From: Balanoglossus misakiensis
Taxonomy: Eukaryota > Animalia > Hemichordata
Length of the DNA stretch: 64,000 nucleotides
Direction of reading: 5' to 3'
Assembly: GCA_040954595.2 (NCBI GenBank)
Contig: CM082590.2
Span: forward strand, 4,278,001 to 4,342,000
Shown piece by piece: positions 39,908 to 53,200 of this stretch (its first letter is position 1; each line of letters begins with the position of its first letter). Position numbers and translations under genes: made by a program. The notes beneath the pieces were generated by a model. It was not told where the DNA came from, searched no databases, and worked only from the letters and a program-made list of their open reading frames with translations.

Positions 39908-42900
39908 CGGGCTCGTTCTGGTCAAAATTGTAGTTTATTAATAAAACATGTTAGAATTAATTTTATAGAGCCTGGAATTAATTTTACCAGTATATAGAAT
40001 TATTTTTTATGTGCTTTAATTATTTTTTGTAGTCATGCAGAATTAATTTAATGTGTTCTAAATAATTATTTTAGCTTATCTTTGTTAGAAATAATTCTGC
40101 CAACATCTCGAATTATTTTTATGTGTAGACTCCAATTAATTTCACGTGTTATGTCGAATTAATGTTACGTTGTCAAATAATATTGCCCTTACAATCCTTT
40201 GCGCGTAAATCAAGATGGCGGCGGCTGAGCATGTCTTTCTCGCCGCATAAAGTTCGAAAAGGGGCCGTTGAACAAGTTGTGAGACGTTTTGGGGCGGTTT
40301 GCTGTCCAATATAAATGCAGTGTGCTCGAAAACGGCGATCGGTGCACGAGTTTTGGTCTACAGACAGAATTCAAAACCACTACCAGTTGGTGTAATCGCC
40401 AGCCTTGCTATGGTATAGCCCAGCTCTGCGTACAGTGTTCTCGGTGTGGAGGCCGTGTCATGGCGGGAACACACAGACCTGTACGCAGAGCTAGCTGTTG
40501 CCCCACGTTACCAGTTCGCCTCGATTGAATAAATTTTGACATCTGAACATACGAAAATTGTGTTAATTTGTTATTTTCTGAACTAAGAAATAGCTGTAGG
40601 GCCCAGACCCTGGGAAACGACAAATAAAGTATTCCTTAATATTTCCTTGTAAACTCAAGTTTCGTGTAAATAAATTTGAATTAAAAGGACAAAGTCTCTC
40701 TCTACATAACCATATTTAATTGGAAATTGGATAGCTTGCATTCTAGATTTACAACTGATAAGATAGGGTGTGGGGCATAGAGAGTAGAAGGGCAGACCCC
40801 TAAGTCTCCACCCCTTGTTGGCTGCATTCACAAACACCTCTGGAGGGGGGGGGGGGGGGGGCGAGAGAATTCAATTTTTTACCGCTAATTTTCACATGCC
40901 CCCGTACACAACCCATAATATTTTCAAATCCCCCCTTCTGAACTGCCAAAAATTTGAACCCCCCCCCTATTTTCTTTCACAGAGCAAAACACATCACCTA
41001 TCTATCTTGTAAAAAAAAGAAAAACAGCGCTCCCATGAAAAGAATTTGAAACTGATGTTTCCCCTCATCAGTGGGTATTAAAACTGAACATTGTTTTTAT
41101 TTTTAAGTATTTGTATTCTGTGTTGGGAGACATTGAAAACCTGAGAATTGAAGGGGATGGGTTTGGGAGGGGTTTCCCCCTCCAACGTAAGAAAATTTTA
41201 TAAAATACAGAGCTCAAAGCTACATTTTAATGAACCTGGAAAAAGCAAATTAACTCAACTACCGGTATGTTGGGGAGGACAAATTTAACCGTCGCCGCTC
41301 AAAGTTATCATGGGGTGGGGGCAAGTCCCCTGACCTGGGACACTAGATAAACCAGTCAATGATTGAAAGGTGTTGATGAATGGAGGGGGTGGGTATTACA
41401 AAATTTTGTAAAATAAAGGGCGCGAAACTGTATTTTTGTGGACTCAAAATAAATATTTAGTCGTCAAGGTTTTCACGTCGCCCCTTTCAGTCCCCCTTAC
41501 ATACCCTCATTTTTTTCAAATCCCCCCCCTCAATTGTCCCCCCCCCCTCCAGAGGTGTTTATGAATGCAGCCCTACTGTCAATGTATCTCTTTTTACGTC
41601 TATGGTGTGGGGTAACACAGAAAAATAAACAAGTACAGAGATTGTTCAGCAAGTAATGTTCACTGTAGAAAGAAGTATATCGGAACAGCGTTAATGCAAA
41701 GTTCCTCAAGAAAGGGGGACTTTAGTGCTTAATGTTAGCAGCTCCTTATGGTGTAACTCGGCCTTTACCGATACCGGCGATGCCTCCACACCATAGTACC
41801 ACAGCTCACTAGCATTGCCATAGGCAATGCTGGCGATTATCCCAACTGCGTAGTGACTAGAAAATTCGGTCTGTAGACCAAAACTCGTGCACCGATCGCT
41901 GTTATCGAGCACACTGCATTTATATTGGACAGCAAATCGCCCCAAAACGTCTCACAACTTGTACAATGGCCCCTTTTCGAACTTATGCAGCGAGAAAGAC
42001 ATGCTCAGCCGCCGCCATCTTGATTTACGCGCACAGGATTGTGGGGGCAATATTAATTCGACACAACACGTAAAATTAATTCGACACAACACGTGAAATT
42101 AATTCGACACTACACCTGTAATTAATTCGACACTACACCTGTAATTAATTCGATTATACACGTAAAAATAATTTGAGATATTGTTGGCAAAATTATTTCT
42201 AACAAAGATAGGCTAAAATAATTATTTAGAACACATAAAATTAATTCTGCATGACTACAAAAAATAATTAAACAAATTGAATCCCCCCCCCCTCCAGAGG
42301 TGTTTGTGAATGCAGCCTACAGAGGAGGTGGAGACTTCAGGGTCTGCCCCTCTACTGTCTATGCCCCACACCCTATCTTACCAGTTCTAAATCTAGAATG
42401 CAAGCTATCATTAAATATGGTTATGTAGAGAGAGACTTTGTCCTTTTAATTTAAATTTATTTAAACAAAACTTGAGTTTACAAGGAAATATTAAAGAATA
42501 CTTTATTTGTCGTTTCCCAGGGTCTGGGCCTACAGCTATTTCTTAGTTCTGAAAATTACAAATTAACACAATTTTCGTATGTTCAGATGTCAAAATTTAT
42601 TCAAACGAGGCAAACTGGCAACGCGGGGCAACAGCTAGCTCTGCGTACAGGTCTGTGTGTTCCCGGCGTTACACGGCCTCCACGCCGAGAACACTGTACG
42701 CAGAGCTGGGCTATACCATAGCAAGGCTGGCGATTACACCAACTGGTAGTGGTTTTGAGTGGTTTGACTAGAAAATTCTGTCTGTAGACCATAACTCGTG
42801 CACCGATCGCCTTTTCGAGCACACTGCATTTATATTGGACAGCAAATCACCCCAAACCTTCTCACAACTTGTACAACGGCCCTTTTCCGAACTTTATGCA

Positions 42901-43285
42901 GCGAGAAAGACATGCTCAGCCGCCGCCATCTTGATTTACGCGCAAAGGATTGTGTGGGCAATATTAATTCGACACAACGTAAAATTAATTCGACACAACA
43001 CGTGAAATTAATTCGACCAAACACGTGATATTAATTCGACACTACACCTCAAATTAATTCGAGTCTACACGTAAACATAATTCGAGATGTTGGCAAAATT
43101 ATTTCTAACAAAGTTAAGCTAAAATAATTATTTAGAACACATAAAATTAATTCTGCATGACTACAAAAAATAATTAAAGCACATAAAAAATAATTCTATA
43201 TACTGGTAAAATTAATTCCAGGCTCTATAAAATTAATTCTAACATGTTTTATTAATAAACTACAATTTTGACCAGAACGGGCCCC
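39908..43285. mobile_element. Foldback-type element with ~950-1000-bp inverted arms
   Basis: 39908-~40860 is the reverse complement of ~42280-43285 (gggctcgttctggtcaaaattgtag / ctacaattttgaccagaacgggccc). Arms contain periodic aattaatt sub-repeats. A third partial arm copy lies at ~41857-42270. Confidence 0.9.
40820..41573. mobile_element. Harbinger-like MITE nested in the foldback
   Basis: ggctgcattcacaaacacctctggagggg ... ccctccagaggtgtttatgaatgcagccc; internal sequence is homologous to 30381-31548. Confidence 0.75.
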
Positions 43286-44473
43286 AATACTGAATGTTTG
43301 ACTTTTATCTCTAGCTTTCTCAGATCCTGAAATATTTTATTTTTTAACTGTATGAATACCCCTAAAATTATGCTGTCATTCTGACAGCTGGATAAACAGG
43401 CTTTCCCAAATATATGTCTGCAAAAAACTCCTTGGGTGCCGGGGGGGGGGGGGGGAGTTTGTTGGTCTCTGGCCCATGGACTATAAGTAACCAAATAATG
43501 ATAGTCCCAAATAAAGCCATCAACTCCAATTTTGGATTATTGGTGATGTTTTCTGCGATCATGCTGGATGCAATGCGGATATAATAAAATAACTCTGTGA
43601 AAAAAATGTTTGTTTACAAATCCGTTCACCTTTGTGGGTATATTCCACAGAAAGGGTTAATCCCCTTAACCTCTCAACAAACTAACAATCATGACCATAT
43701 TGTAAACATACATATTTTTGTCACACATTTTTATATTAAACAAAGACACACACACTACAAAGAAGGAGGAAGAGCTCCCTGTGGTCTTCCCACAAACGTT
43801 GGAATCATACTGCAGTGGTCGCCTGATTCAACCAGTAAAGGTCACATGAGGTCATCAATTGTTGTCGGTTTTCTGGTTGAATATTCTCTGAAAGCACGCC
43901 TTAACATTGATATTTTGCAATTGGTGTCAATAGTCATGAACTTTAATGTATGGAGCATCACTCGGCCCCAGTTACTGAGTTGCGATAGGGCGAAATCAAC
44001 AGCGGAAACTGATTGTCGATCGTCCATGTCTCAAGCTTACCTTGTTTACGGACTGAATCAGGGGACTACAGCAGTGTTATTTCGACGAATGTGATTCTAC
44101 CCGCACAATAAGTCGTGAAAACTATCTGTGATATCTTAAAACACACTAAATACTGTAATGTTTCAATACTCACTCTGCCAAATCTGTATATAGGAATGGT
44201 GGACAGTGTGGGGGGCTTGAACCCATGACTTGCAGAAAACAGCTGGTTACTCGCTCCTTGGCTTCGCACTTTTCGGACTTTTCCGCTATTCTTTCAGAGA
44301 AATATGACACCGTCCTGGATGTGTAACGAACACTGGCTAAGTAACGTCCATAGAAAAGGCGACATTGGAGTTGACGACAGAAAAAACTGGCAGATTCGCT
44401 AGCCTGCATGTCACACATGTGTTTACAACGAAGACACTGAACGGGTCAAAGGCAACGGGTCGAAGGTCAGCGA

Positions 44474-44487
44474 CAGCGCCCTCTTGG
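44474..44487 (-). promoter_or_regulatory. CTCF-like motif
   Basis: Minus strand reads CCAAGAGGGCGCTG, resembling the bilaterian CTCF core. Motif match only. Confidence 0.3.
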
Positions 44488-44734
44488 GGTATATTCTGCG
44501 GAACTTTTGAAAGTTCCCGATCTCGTATCCTAAGGACGCCAGCAGAATTTCCTGTGGCATTTTAATTTGCATTCAAATATGAAAGTAATAAAACTAACCC
44601 GGTGTGAATTAGTTGATTTAAAGGGGAGTTAGGGCAGGGTCTTCTTTCGGTAGTTTTGACCCCCAATAAGGCCTATCTACGGAGAGGATCTCTTATTCTT
44701 CAAATGTATTAATGGAAGGCGCGTTTATGGCTAA

Positions 44735-45871
44735 GGGACCATTCAGTTTTTACGGCCGGGGGGGGGGGGGCAAAATCCAGGGGGTGGGGGGTCACTTAAA
44801 TTTTTAAATTTTGAAGTCCGAAAGTGGGGGTAATATTTTTTTAAAAAACGTTTAGGGGGGTCACATACTTTTGCCACAAAACTTTTGCTTTTGAGTCCAC
44901 AAAATTGCAGTTTCGCGCCCTTAATTTTACAAGATTTTCTAATGTGGGAGGGGGACACCCCATCCCACACCCACCCCTCCATTCTTCGCCACATTTCATT
45001 TATTGCCTGGTTTGTCTAGTGTACAAGGGCAGACTACTTGCCACCCCATTACACCGATGCGTACTTTGAGTGGAGTGGCAAAAGTAAAATTGGTCCTCCC
45101 CAATATTGAGTTAAAGGGACAAAGTCTCTCTCTCGTTGCCCTTTATTCAATTGGTTATGTTTGATACAAGACACCTTTATGTTATTCTACATTGTGGACA
45201 CAAAGTGATCAACGTTCAACCACACACAACTTCCATCCAACTTGTAGACACAAGAGTGAAACACTTGCAAAAATGAATAATCGGTGTTTACCATTTATTC
45301 ATTTTGGCGGGATTTTTACTCTCATATCCTACAAACAGGATGGCACTTGTATGTGGGCAAACATCGATTCACTATATATCCACATGTAGAATAACATAAA
45401 CGGTGTCTTGTATCAAACATACTTCATGGAAAAGGGCAGCGAGAGAGAGACTTTGTCCCTTTAATTTGCTTTTGAGTTCATTAAAATGCAACTTTCAGCC
45501 CGTTATTTTACAAAATGTTCTTATCTGGGAGGGGGACAACCTCTGCCACACCCACCCCGCCACTTTTCTTGTTTTACCAATCCTACCAACTATTGTATCG
45601 ACTTGTCATTTTAATTTATTCAGTATTCATTCTTTTTTGCAGCGATATACTATTATAAACTTCAATTACTTTAAGAAATTTATAATTGAGGTGTGGACCA
45701 GGACGGCAAATGTTGTCGGCGTGGGGAGGGATCATCATATTTTTTGGCCTGTCAAAGGGGGGGGGGGGTCATCATTTTTTGTTCCTGGGTGAAGGGGGAG
45801 TCGGCCTGATTTTGAAAACCCATGACACAAACTTGCCCCCCCCCCCCAAGCCGTAAAAAATGAAAGGTCCC
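44735..45871. mobile_element. Second copy (inverted) of the Harbinger-like MITE, with a nested Kolobok-like MITE at 45115-45460
   Basis: Outer element taa|gggaccattcagtttttacgg ... ccgtaaaaaatgaaaggtccc|taa. Inner element ttaa|agggacaaagtctctctctcg...cgagagagagactttgtccct|ttaa. Confidence 0.88.
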
Positions 45872-48800
45872 TAAGCGTTTAAATCCTTTCCTAACTAAAA
45901 TTTCCATGGTTGCTTCCAAACAGCCTCGTTTAATTACTGAATTCTGTTGTGAGGCACAGAACACATAGATATGCCTATGTGCATAAGAAAGTTTTCCACT
46001 AGACTCTGTAGATCGACGGATAGTTCTAAAATTTCCATGGTTGCTTCCAAACAGCCTCGTTTCTTTACAGAATTATGTTTTGAGGCGCAGAACACATACA
46101 TAGGCCTATGTGCATAAGTAAGTTTTCCACTAGACTCTGTAGATCATGAGATAGTTCTAAAATTTCCATGGTTGCTTCCAAACCCCGCCTCGTGTGTTTA
46201 CAAAATTCTGTTGTGATGCGCATAACACATGATAGGCCTATGCGCATAAGAAAGTTTTCCACTATACTCTGTAGATCGACGGATAGTTCTAAAATTTCCA
46301 TGGTTGCTTCCAAACCCCGCCTCGTTTGTTTACAAAATTCTGTTGTGATGCGCAGAACACATATATAGGCCTATGCGCATAAGAACGTTTTCCACTAGAC
46401 TCTGTAGATCGACGGATAGTTGTAAAATTTTCATGGTTGCTTCCAAACAGCCTCGTTTATTTACCGATTTCTGTTGGGAGGCGCAGAACACATGATAGGC
46501 CTATGCGCATAAGACATTTTGCCACTAGACTCTGTAAATCGACGGATAGTTCTAAAATTTCCATGGTTGCTTCCAAACAGCCTCGTTTATTTACCGAATT
46601 CTGTTGTGATGCGCATAACACATAGATAGGCCTATGCGCATAAGAACGTTTTCCACTAGACTCTGTAGATCGACGGATAGTTGTAAAATTTTCATGGTTG
46701 CTTCCAAACAGCCTCGTTTATTTACCGATTTCTGTTGGGAGGCGCAGAACACATGATAGGCCTATGCGCATAAGACATTTTGCCACTAGACTCTGTAAAT
46801 CGACAGATAGTTCTAAAATTTCCATGGTTGCTTCCAAACAGCCTCGTTTATTTACCGAATTCTGTTGTTATGCGCATAACACATGATAGGCCTATGCGCA
46901 TAAGAACGTTTTCCAATAGACTCTGTAGATCGACGGATAGTTCTAAAATTCCCATGGTTGCTTCCAAACCCCACCTAGTTTGTTTCCCGAATTCGGTTGT
47001 GATGCGCAGAACACATAGATAGGCTTATGCGCATAAAAACGTTTTCCACTAGACTCTGTAGATCGACGGATAGTTCTAAAATTTCCATGGTTGCTTCCAC
47101 ACCCCGCCTCGTTTGTTTACCGAATTCTGTTGTGATGCGCAGAGCACATATATAGGCCTATGCGCATAAGAACGTTTTCCACTAGACTCTGTAGATCGAC
47201 GGATAGCTGTAAAATTTCCATGTTTGCTTCCAAACAGCCTCGTTTATTTACGGAATTCTGTTTTGAGGCGCAGAACACATAGATAGGCTTATGCGCATAA
47301 GAATGTTTTCTACTAGACTCTGTAGATCGAGAGATAGTTCTAAAATTTCCATGGTTGCTTCCAAACCCCGCCTCGTTTGTTTACTGAATTCTGTTGTGAT
47401 ACGCAGAACACATAGATAGGCTTATGCGCATAAGAAAGTTTTCCACTAGATTCTGTAGATCGAGAGATAGTTCTAACATTTCCATTGTTGCTTCCAAACA
47501 CAGCCTCGTTTGTTAACAACATTCTGTTGTGATGCGCAGAATACATAGATAGGCCAATGCGCATAAGATAGTTTTCCACTGTAGATCGACGGATAGTTCT
47601 AAAATGTCCATGGTTGCTTCCAAACAAAGCCTCGTTTGTTTATAAAATTATGTTGTGATGCGCATAACATATAGATAGGCCTATGTGCATAAGCAAGTTT
47701 TCCACTAGTCACTGTAGATCGAGAGATAGTTCTAAAATTTCCATGGTTGTTTCCAAACACAGCCTCGTTTATTTACAAAATTCTGTTGAGATGCGCACAA
47801 TACATAGATAGGCCTATGCGCATAAGAAACTTTCAACTTTAGATCGACGGATAGTTATAAAATTTCCATGGTTGCTTCCAAACCCCGCCTAGTTTGTTCC
47901 CCGAATTCTGTTGTGATGCGCAGAACACATAGATAGGCTTATGCGCATAAAAAAGTTTTCCACTAGACTCTGTAGATCGACGGATAGCTGTAAAATTTCC
48001 ATGTTTGCTTCCAAACAGCCTCGTTTATTAACGGAATTCTGTTTTGAGGCGCATAACACATGATGGGCCTATGCGCATAAGAATGTTTTCTACTAGACTA
48101 TGTAGATCGAGAGATAGTTCTAAAATTTCCATGGTTGCTTCCAAACCCCGCCTCGTTTGTTTACCGAATTCTGTTGTGATGCGCAGAACACATATATAGG
48201 CCTACGCGCATAAGAACGTTTTCCACTAAACTCTGTAGATCGACGGATAGCTGTAAAATTTCCATGTTTGCTTCCAAACAGCCTCGTTTATTTACGGAAT
48301 TCTGTTTTGAGGCGCAGAACACATAGATAGGCTTATGCGCATAAGAATGTTTTCTACTAGACTCTGTAGATCGAGAGATAGTTCTAAAATTTCCATGGTT
48401 TCTTCCAAACACAGCCTCGTTTGTTAACAAAATTATGTTGTGATGCGCAGAATACATAGATAGGCCAATGCGCATAAGATAGTTTTCCACTGTAGATCGA
48501 CGGATAGTTCTAAAATGTCCATGGTTGCTTCCAAACAAAGCCTCGTTTGTTTATAAAATTCTGTTGTGATGCGCAGAACATATTGATAGGCCTATGTGCA
48601 TAAGCAAGTTTTCCACTAGTCACTGTACATCGAGATATAGTTCTAAAATTTCCATGGTTGTTTCCAAACACAGCCTCGTTTATTTACAAAATTCTGTTGT
48701 GATGCGCACAACACATAGATAGGCCTATGCGCATAAGAAACTTTCAACTTTAGATCGATGGATAGTTATAAAATTCCAATGGTTGCTTCCAAACAGCCTC

Positions 48801-49365
48801 GTTTATTTACCGAATTCTGTTGTGCGGCGCAGAACACATGATAGGCCTATGTGCATAAAAAATGTTTCCACTAGACTCTGTAGATCGAGAGATAGTTCTA
48901 AAATTTCCATGGTTTCTTCCAAACACTGCCTCATTTGTTTACAAAATTCTGTTGTGAAGCGCAGAACACATAGATAGGCCTATGCGCATAAGAACGTTTT
49001 CCACTAGACTCTGTAGATCGACGGATAGGTCTAAAATTTCCATGGTTGCTTCCAAACAGCCGCGTTTATATACCGAATTCTGTAGTGATGCGTAGAACAC
49101 ATAGATAGGCCTATGCGCATAAGAACGTTTTCCACTAGACTCTGTAGATCGACGGATAGTTCTAAAATTTCCATGGTTGCTTCCAAACAGCCTCGTGTAT
49201 TTACGGAATTATGTTGGGAGGCGCAGAACACATAGATAGGTCTATGTGCATAAGAAAGTTTTCCACTATAGACTCTGTAGATCGAGAGATAGTTCTAAAA
49301 TTTCCATGGTTGCTTCCAAACACAGCCTCGTTTGTTTACCGAATTCTGTTGTGAGGCGCAGAACA

Positions 49366-50299
49366 TGTATATGAAGAAAATTCTTATTCGAATAGGCCAA
49401 CCCCTTAGCTACCAAAATACCCGGGGTTAAGCGTGTTCGTTTATCAGAAATACAACCTAAAACTCCAGTAAGATATTTATACGGTACTTTCACTGGAATA
49501 ACCATTTCATTTCCAGGTGGAATGTTAACATCAACATTGGTTCTTAACGGTACGTCTGATTGTAATCTTAAATTATTATACATCTAGTGCCGAGAACAAT
49601 AGATTTTGGCGTGCAATAAAAAGCCGTACGGAACGGTACGTACGGAACGCGCGTTAAATAAGTTTTAGGTTTCAAGGCGCCCCAACTCACCGTGTACAGG
49701 TATGCGTTGTTAAGCGGACGGTTTCAAGACACCCCCACTCTAACGCACGCGCACGTACGTAAACAAAAAAGAAAGATGGCTGCTCACTGAGCGGTTTTCG
49801 ATCGATTGTATCGGCATTTTGGGCGTTTTGAAAGCCAAGTAACATGCAAAACAAGAACTATCGGAGATGTAAGATGTATAATAATAAGGTTATTACGAAA
49901 ATACCGCAAAGTATGCACTCGGACATTAGCGCAGCGCATCGCCCTCCGCTACGCGTCGGGCGATACTCAGCGCTAATATCCTCGTGCATACTTTGCGGTA
50001 TTTTCGTAATAACCTCATAATATTACCCATGAAATCAATAACAGCTCTATAACGCTTCATAAAATCAAGTCCCAAAATCAGATTATGCTGAAGAGACTCA
50101 ACTAAATTAACATACAGTAATACACGCTTATTCCCAATAAAAGCAGGTATTTTCATAAATCCAAATACCTTCAATTTGTCTTCGTTTGCCGGTTGTACAC
50201 AATTATATCTGGACTTGAACATCGGATAATTTTTAAGAGCGGGTACTAGCTCTAACAACCGAATAGGAGCTACAGTAATATTTGCTCCAGTATTAATTA
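49366..50299 (-). mobile_element. Ty3/Gypsy-like retropepsin (aspartic protease) region fragment embedded in the satellite
   Basis: LINTGANITV (DTGA motif with D>N) ... LQHNLILGLDFMKRYRAVIDF, followed by a post-protease segment VNIPPGNEMVIPVKV...PGILVAKGL. Confidence 0.8.
49597..50015. mobile_element. Hairpin-terminated non-autonomous element (Crypton-like) inserted in the protease fragment
   Basis: GC-richer insert beginning aatagattttggcg and ending in a long stem-loop at 49887-50015 (aggttattacgaaaataccgcaaagtatgcac ... gtgcatactttgcggtattttcgtaataacct). Confidence 0.65.
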
Positions 50300-53200
50300 G
50301 TTTTCCACTAGACTCTGTAGATCGAGAGATAGTTATAAAATTTCCATGGTTGCTTCCAAACAGCCTCGTTTATTTCCCGAATTCTGTTGTGAGGCGCAGA
50401 ACACATAGATAGGCCTATGTGCATAAGAACGTTTTCCACTAGACTCTGTAGATCGAGAGATAGTTCGAAAATTTCCATGGTTGCTTCCAAACAGCCTCGT
50501 GTATTTACGGAATTCTGTTGGGAGGCGCAGAACACATAGATAGGCCTATGCGCATAAGAACGTTTTCCACTAGACTCTGTAGATCGACGGATAGCTGTAA
50601 AATTTCCATGGTTGCTTCCAAACAGCCTCGTTTATTTACCGATTTCTGTTGTGAGGCGCAAAACACATGATAGGCCTATGCGCATAAGACATTTTTCCAC
50701 TAGACTCTGTAGATCGACGGATAGTTCTAAAATTTCCATGGTTGCTTCCAAACAGCCTCGTTTATTTACCGAATTATGTTGTGATGCGTAGAACACATAC
50801 ATATGCCTATGCGCATAAGAAAGTTTTCCACTAGACTCCGTAGATAGACGGATAGTTCTAAAATTTCCATGGTTGCTTCCAAACAAAGCCTCGTTTGTTT
50901 ACAAAATTCTGTTGTGATGTGCATAACTCATAGATAGGCATATGTGCATAAGAAAGTTTTCCACTATAGACTCTGTAGATCGAAAGATAGTTCTAAAATT
51001 TCCATGGTTGCTTCCAAACACAGCCTCGTTTGTTTACAAAACTCTGTTGTGATGCGCAGGACACATATATAGGCCTATGCGCAAAAGAACGTTTTCCACT
51101 AGACTCTGTAGATCGACGGATAGCTGTAAAATTTCCATGTTTGCTTCCAAACAGCCTCGTTTATTTACGGAATTCTGTTTTGAGGCGCAGAACACATAGA
51201 TAGGCATATGTGCAAAAGAGAGTTTTCCACTATAGACTCTGTAAATCGACGGATAGTTCTTAAATTTCCATGGTTGCTTCCAAACACATCCTTGTTTGTT
51301 TACAAAATTCTGTTGTGATGCGCAGAACACATATATAGGCCTATGCGCATAAGAACGTTTTCCACTAGACTCTGTAGATCGACGGATAGTTGTAAAATTT
51401 TCATGGTTGCTTCCAAACAGCCTCGTTTATTTACCGATTTCTGTTGGGAGGCGCAGAACACATGATAGGCCTATGCGCATAAGACATTTTGCCACTAGAC
51501 TCTGTAGATCGACGGATAGTTCTAAAATTTCCATGGTTGCTTCCAAACAGCCTCGTTTATTTACCGAATTCTGTTGTTATGCGCAGAACACGTAATAGTC
51601 CTATGCGCATAAGAAAGTTTTCCACCAGACTCTGTAGATCGACGGATAGTTCTGAAATGTCCATGATTGCTTCCAAAAACACATCCTCGATTGTTTACAA
51701 AATTCTGTTGTGATGCGCAGAACACATATATAGGCCTATGCGCATATGAACGTTTTCCACTATACTCCGTAGATCGAGAGATAGTTCTAGAATTTCCATG
51801 TTTGCTTCCAAACAAAGCCTCGTTTGTGTACAAAATTATGTTGTGATGTGCATAACACATGATAGGCCTATGCGCATATGAACGTTTTCCACTATACTCT
51901 GTAGATCGAGAGATAGTTCTAGAATTTCCATGTTTGCTCCCAAACAGCATCATTTATTTACGGAATTCTGTTTTGAGGCGCAGAACACATAGATTGGCAT
52001 ATGTGCATAAGAAAGTTTTTCACTATAGACTCTGTAGATCGACGGATAGTTCTTAAATTTCCATGGTTGCTTCCAAACACATCCTTGTTTGTTTACAAAA
52101 TTCTGTTGTGATGCGCAGAACACATATATAGGCCTATGCGCATAAGAACGTTTTCCACTAGACTCTGTAGATCGACGGATAGTTGTAAAATTTCCATGGT
52201 TGCTTCCAAACAGCCTCGTTTATTTACCGATTTCTGTTGTGAGGCGCAGAACACATGATAGGCCTATGCGCATGAGAAATTTTTCCGCTGGACTCTGTAG
52301 ATCGAGAGATAGTTCTAAAATTTCCATGGTTGCTTCCAAACACTGCCTCGTTTGTTTTCAACATTTTGTTGTGATGCGCAGAACTCATAGATAGGCCTAT
52401 GCGCATAAGAACGTTTTCCACTAGACTCTGTAGATCGACGGATAGCTGTAAAATTTCCATGGTTGCTTCCAAACAGCCTCGTTTATTTACCGATTTCTGT
52501 TGTGAGGCGCAGAACACATGATAGGCCTATGCGCATAAGACATTTTTCCACTAGACTCTGTAGATCGACAGATAGTTCTAAAATTTCCATGGTTGCTTCC
52601 AAACACAGCCTTGTTTGTTTACAAAATTCTGTTGTGATGCGCAGAAAACATATATAGGCCTATGCGCATAAGAAAGTTTTCCACAAGACTCTGTAGATCG
52701 ACGGATAGTTGTAAAATTTCCATGGTTGCTTCCAAACAGCCTCGTTTATTTACTGATTTCTGTTGTGAGGCGCAGAACACATGATAGGCCTATGAGCATA
52801 AGACATTTTTCCACTAGACTCTGTAGATCGACGGATAGTTCTAAAATGTCCATAGTTGCTTCCAAACAGCCTCGTTTATTTACCGAATTCTGTTGTGAGG
52901 CGCAGAACACGTAATAGGCCTATGCGCATAAGAAAGTTTTCCACCAGACTCTGTAGATCGACGGATAGTTGTAAAATTTCCATGGTTGCTTCCAAACAGC
53001 CTCGTTTAATTACCGATTTCTGTTGTGAGGCGCAGAACACATAGATAGGCCTATGCGCATAAGAAACTTTTGAACTTTAGATCAACGGATAGTTCTAAAA
53101 TTTCCATGGTTGTTTCCAAACAGCCTCGTTTATTTACAGAATTCTGTTGTGATGCGTAGAACACATACATATGCCTAGGCGCATAAGAAAGTTTTCCACT

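Noticed and set aside
43597-44094. 165-aa plus-strand ORF
   Set aside because: GTG start in repeat-like sequence, no recognisable domain, and no splice support.
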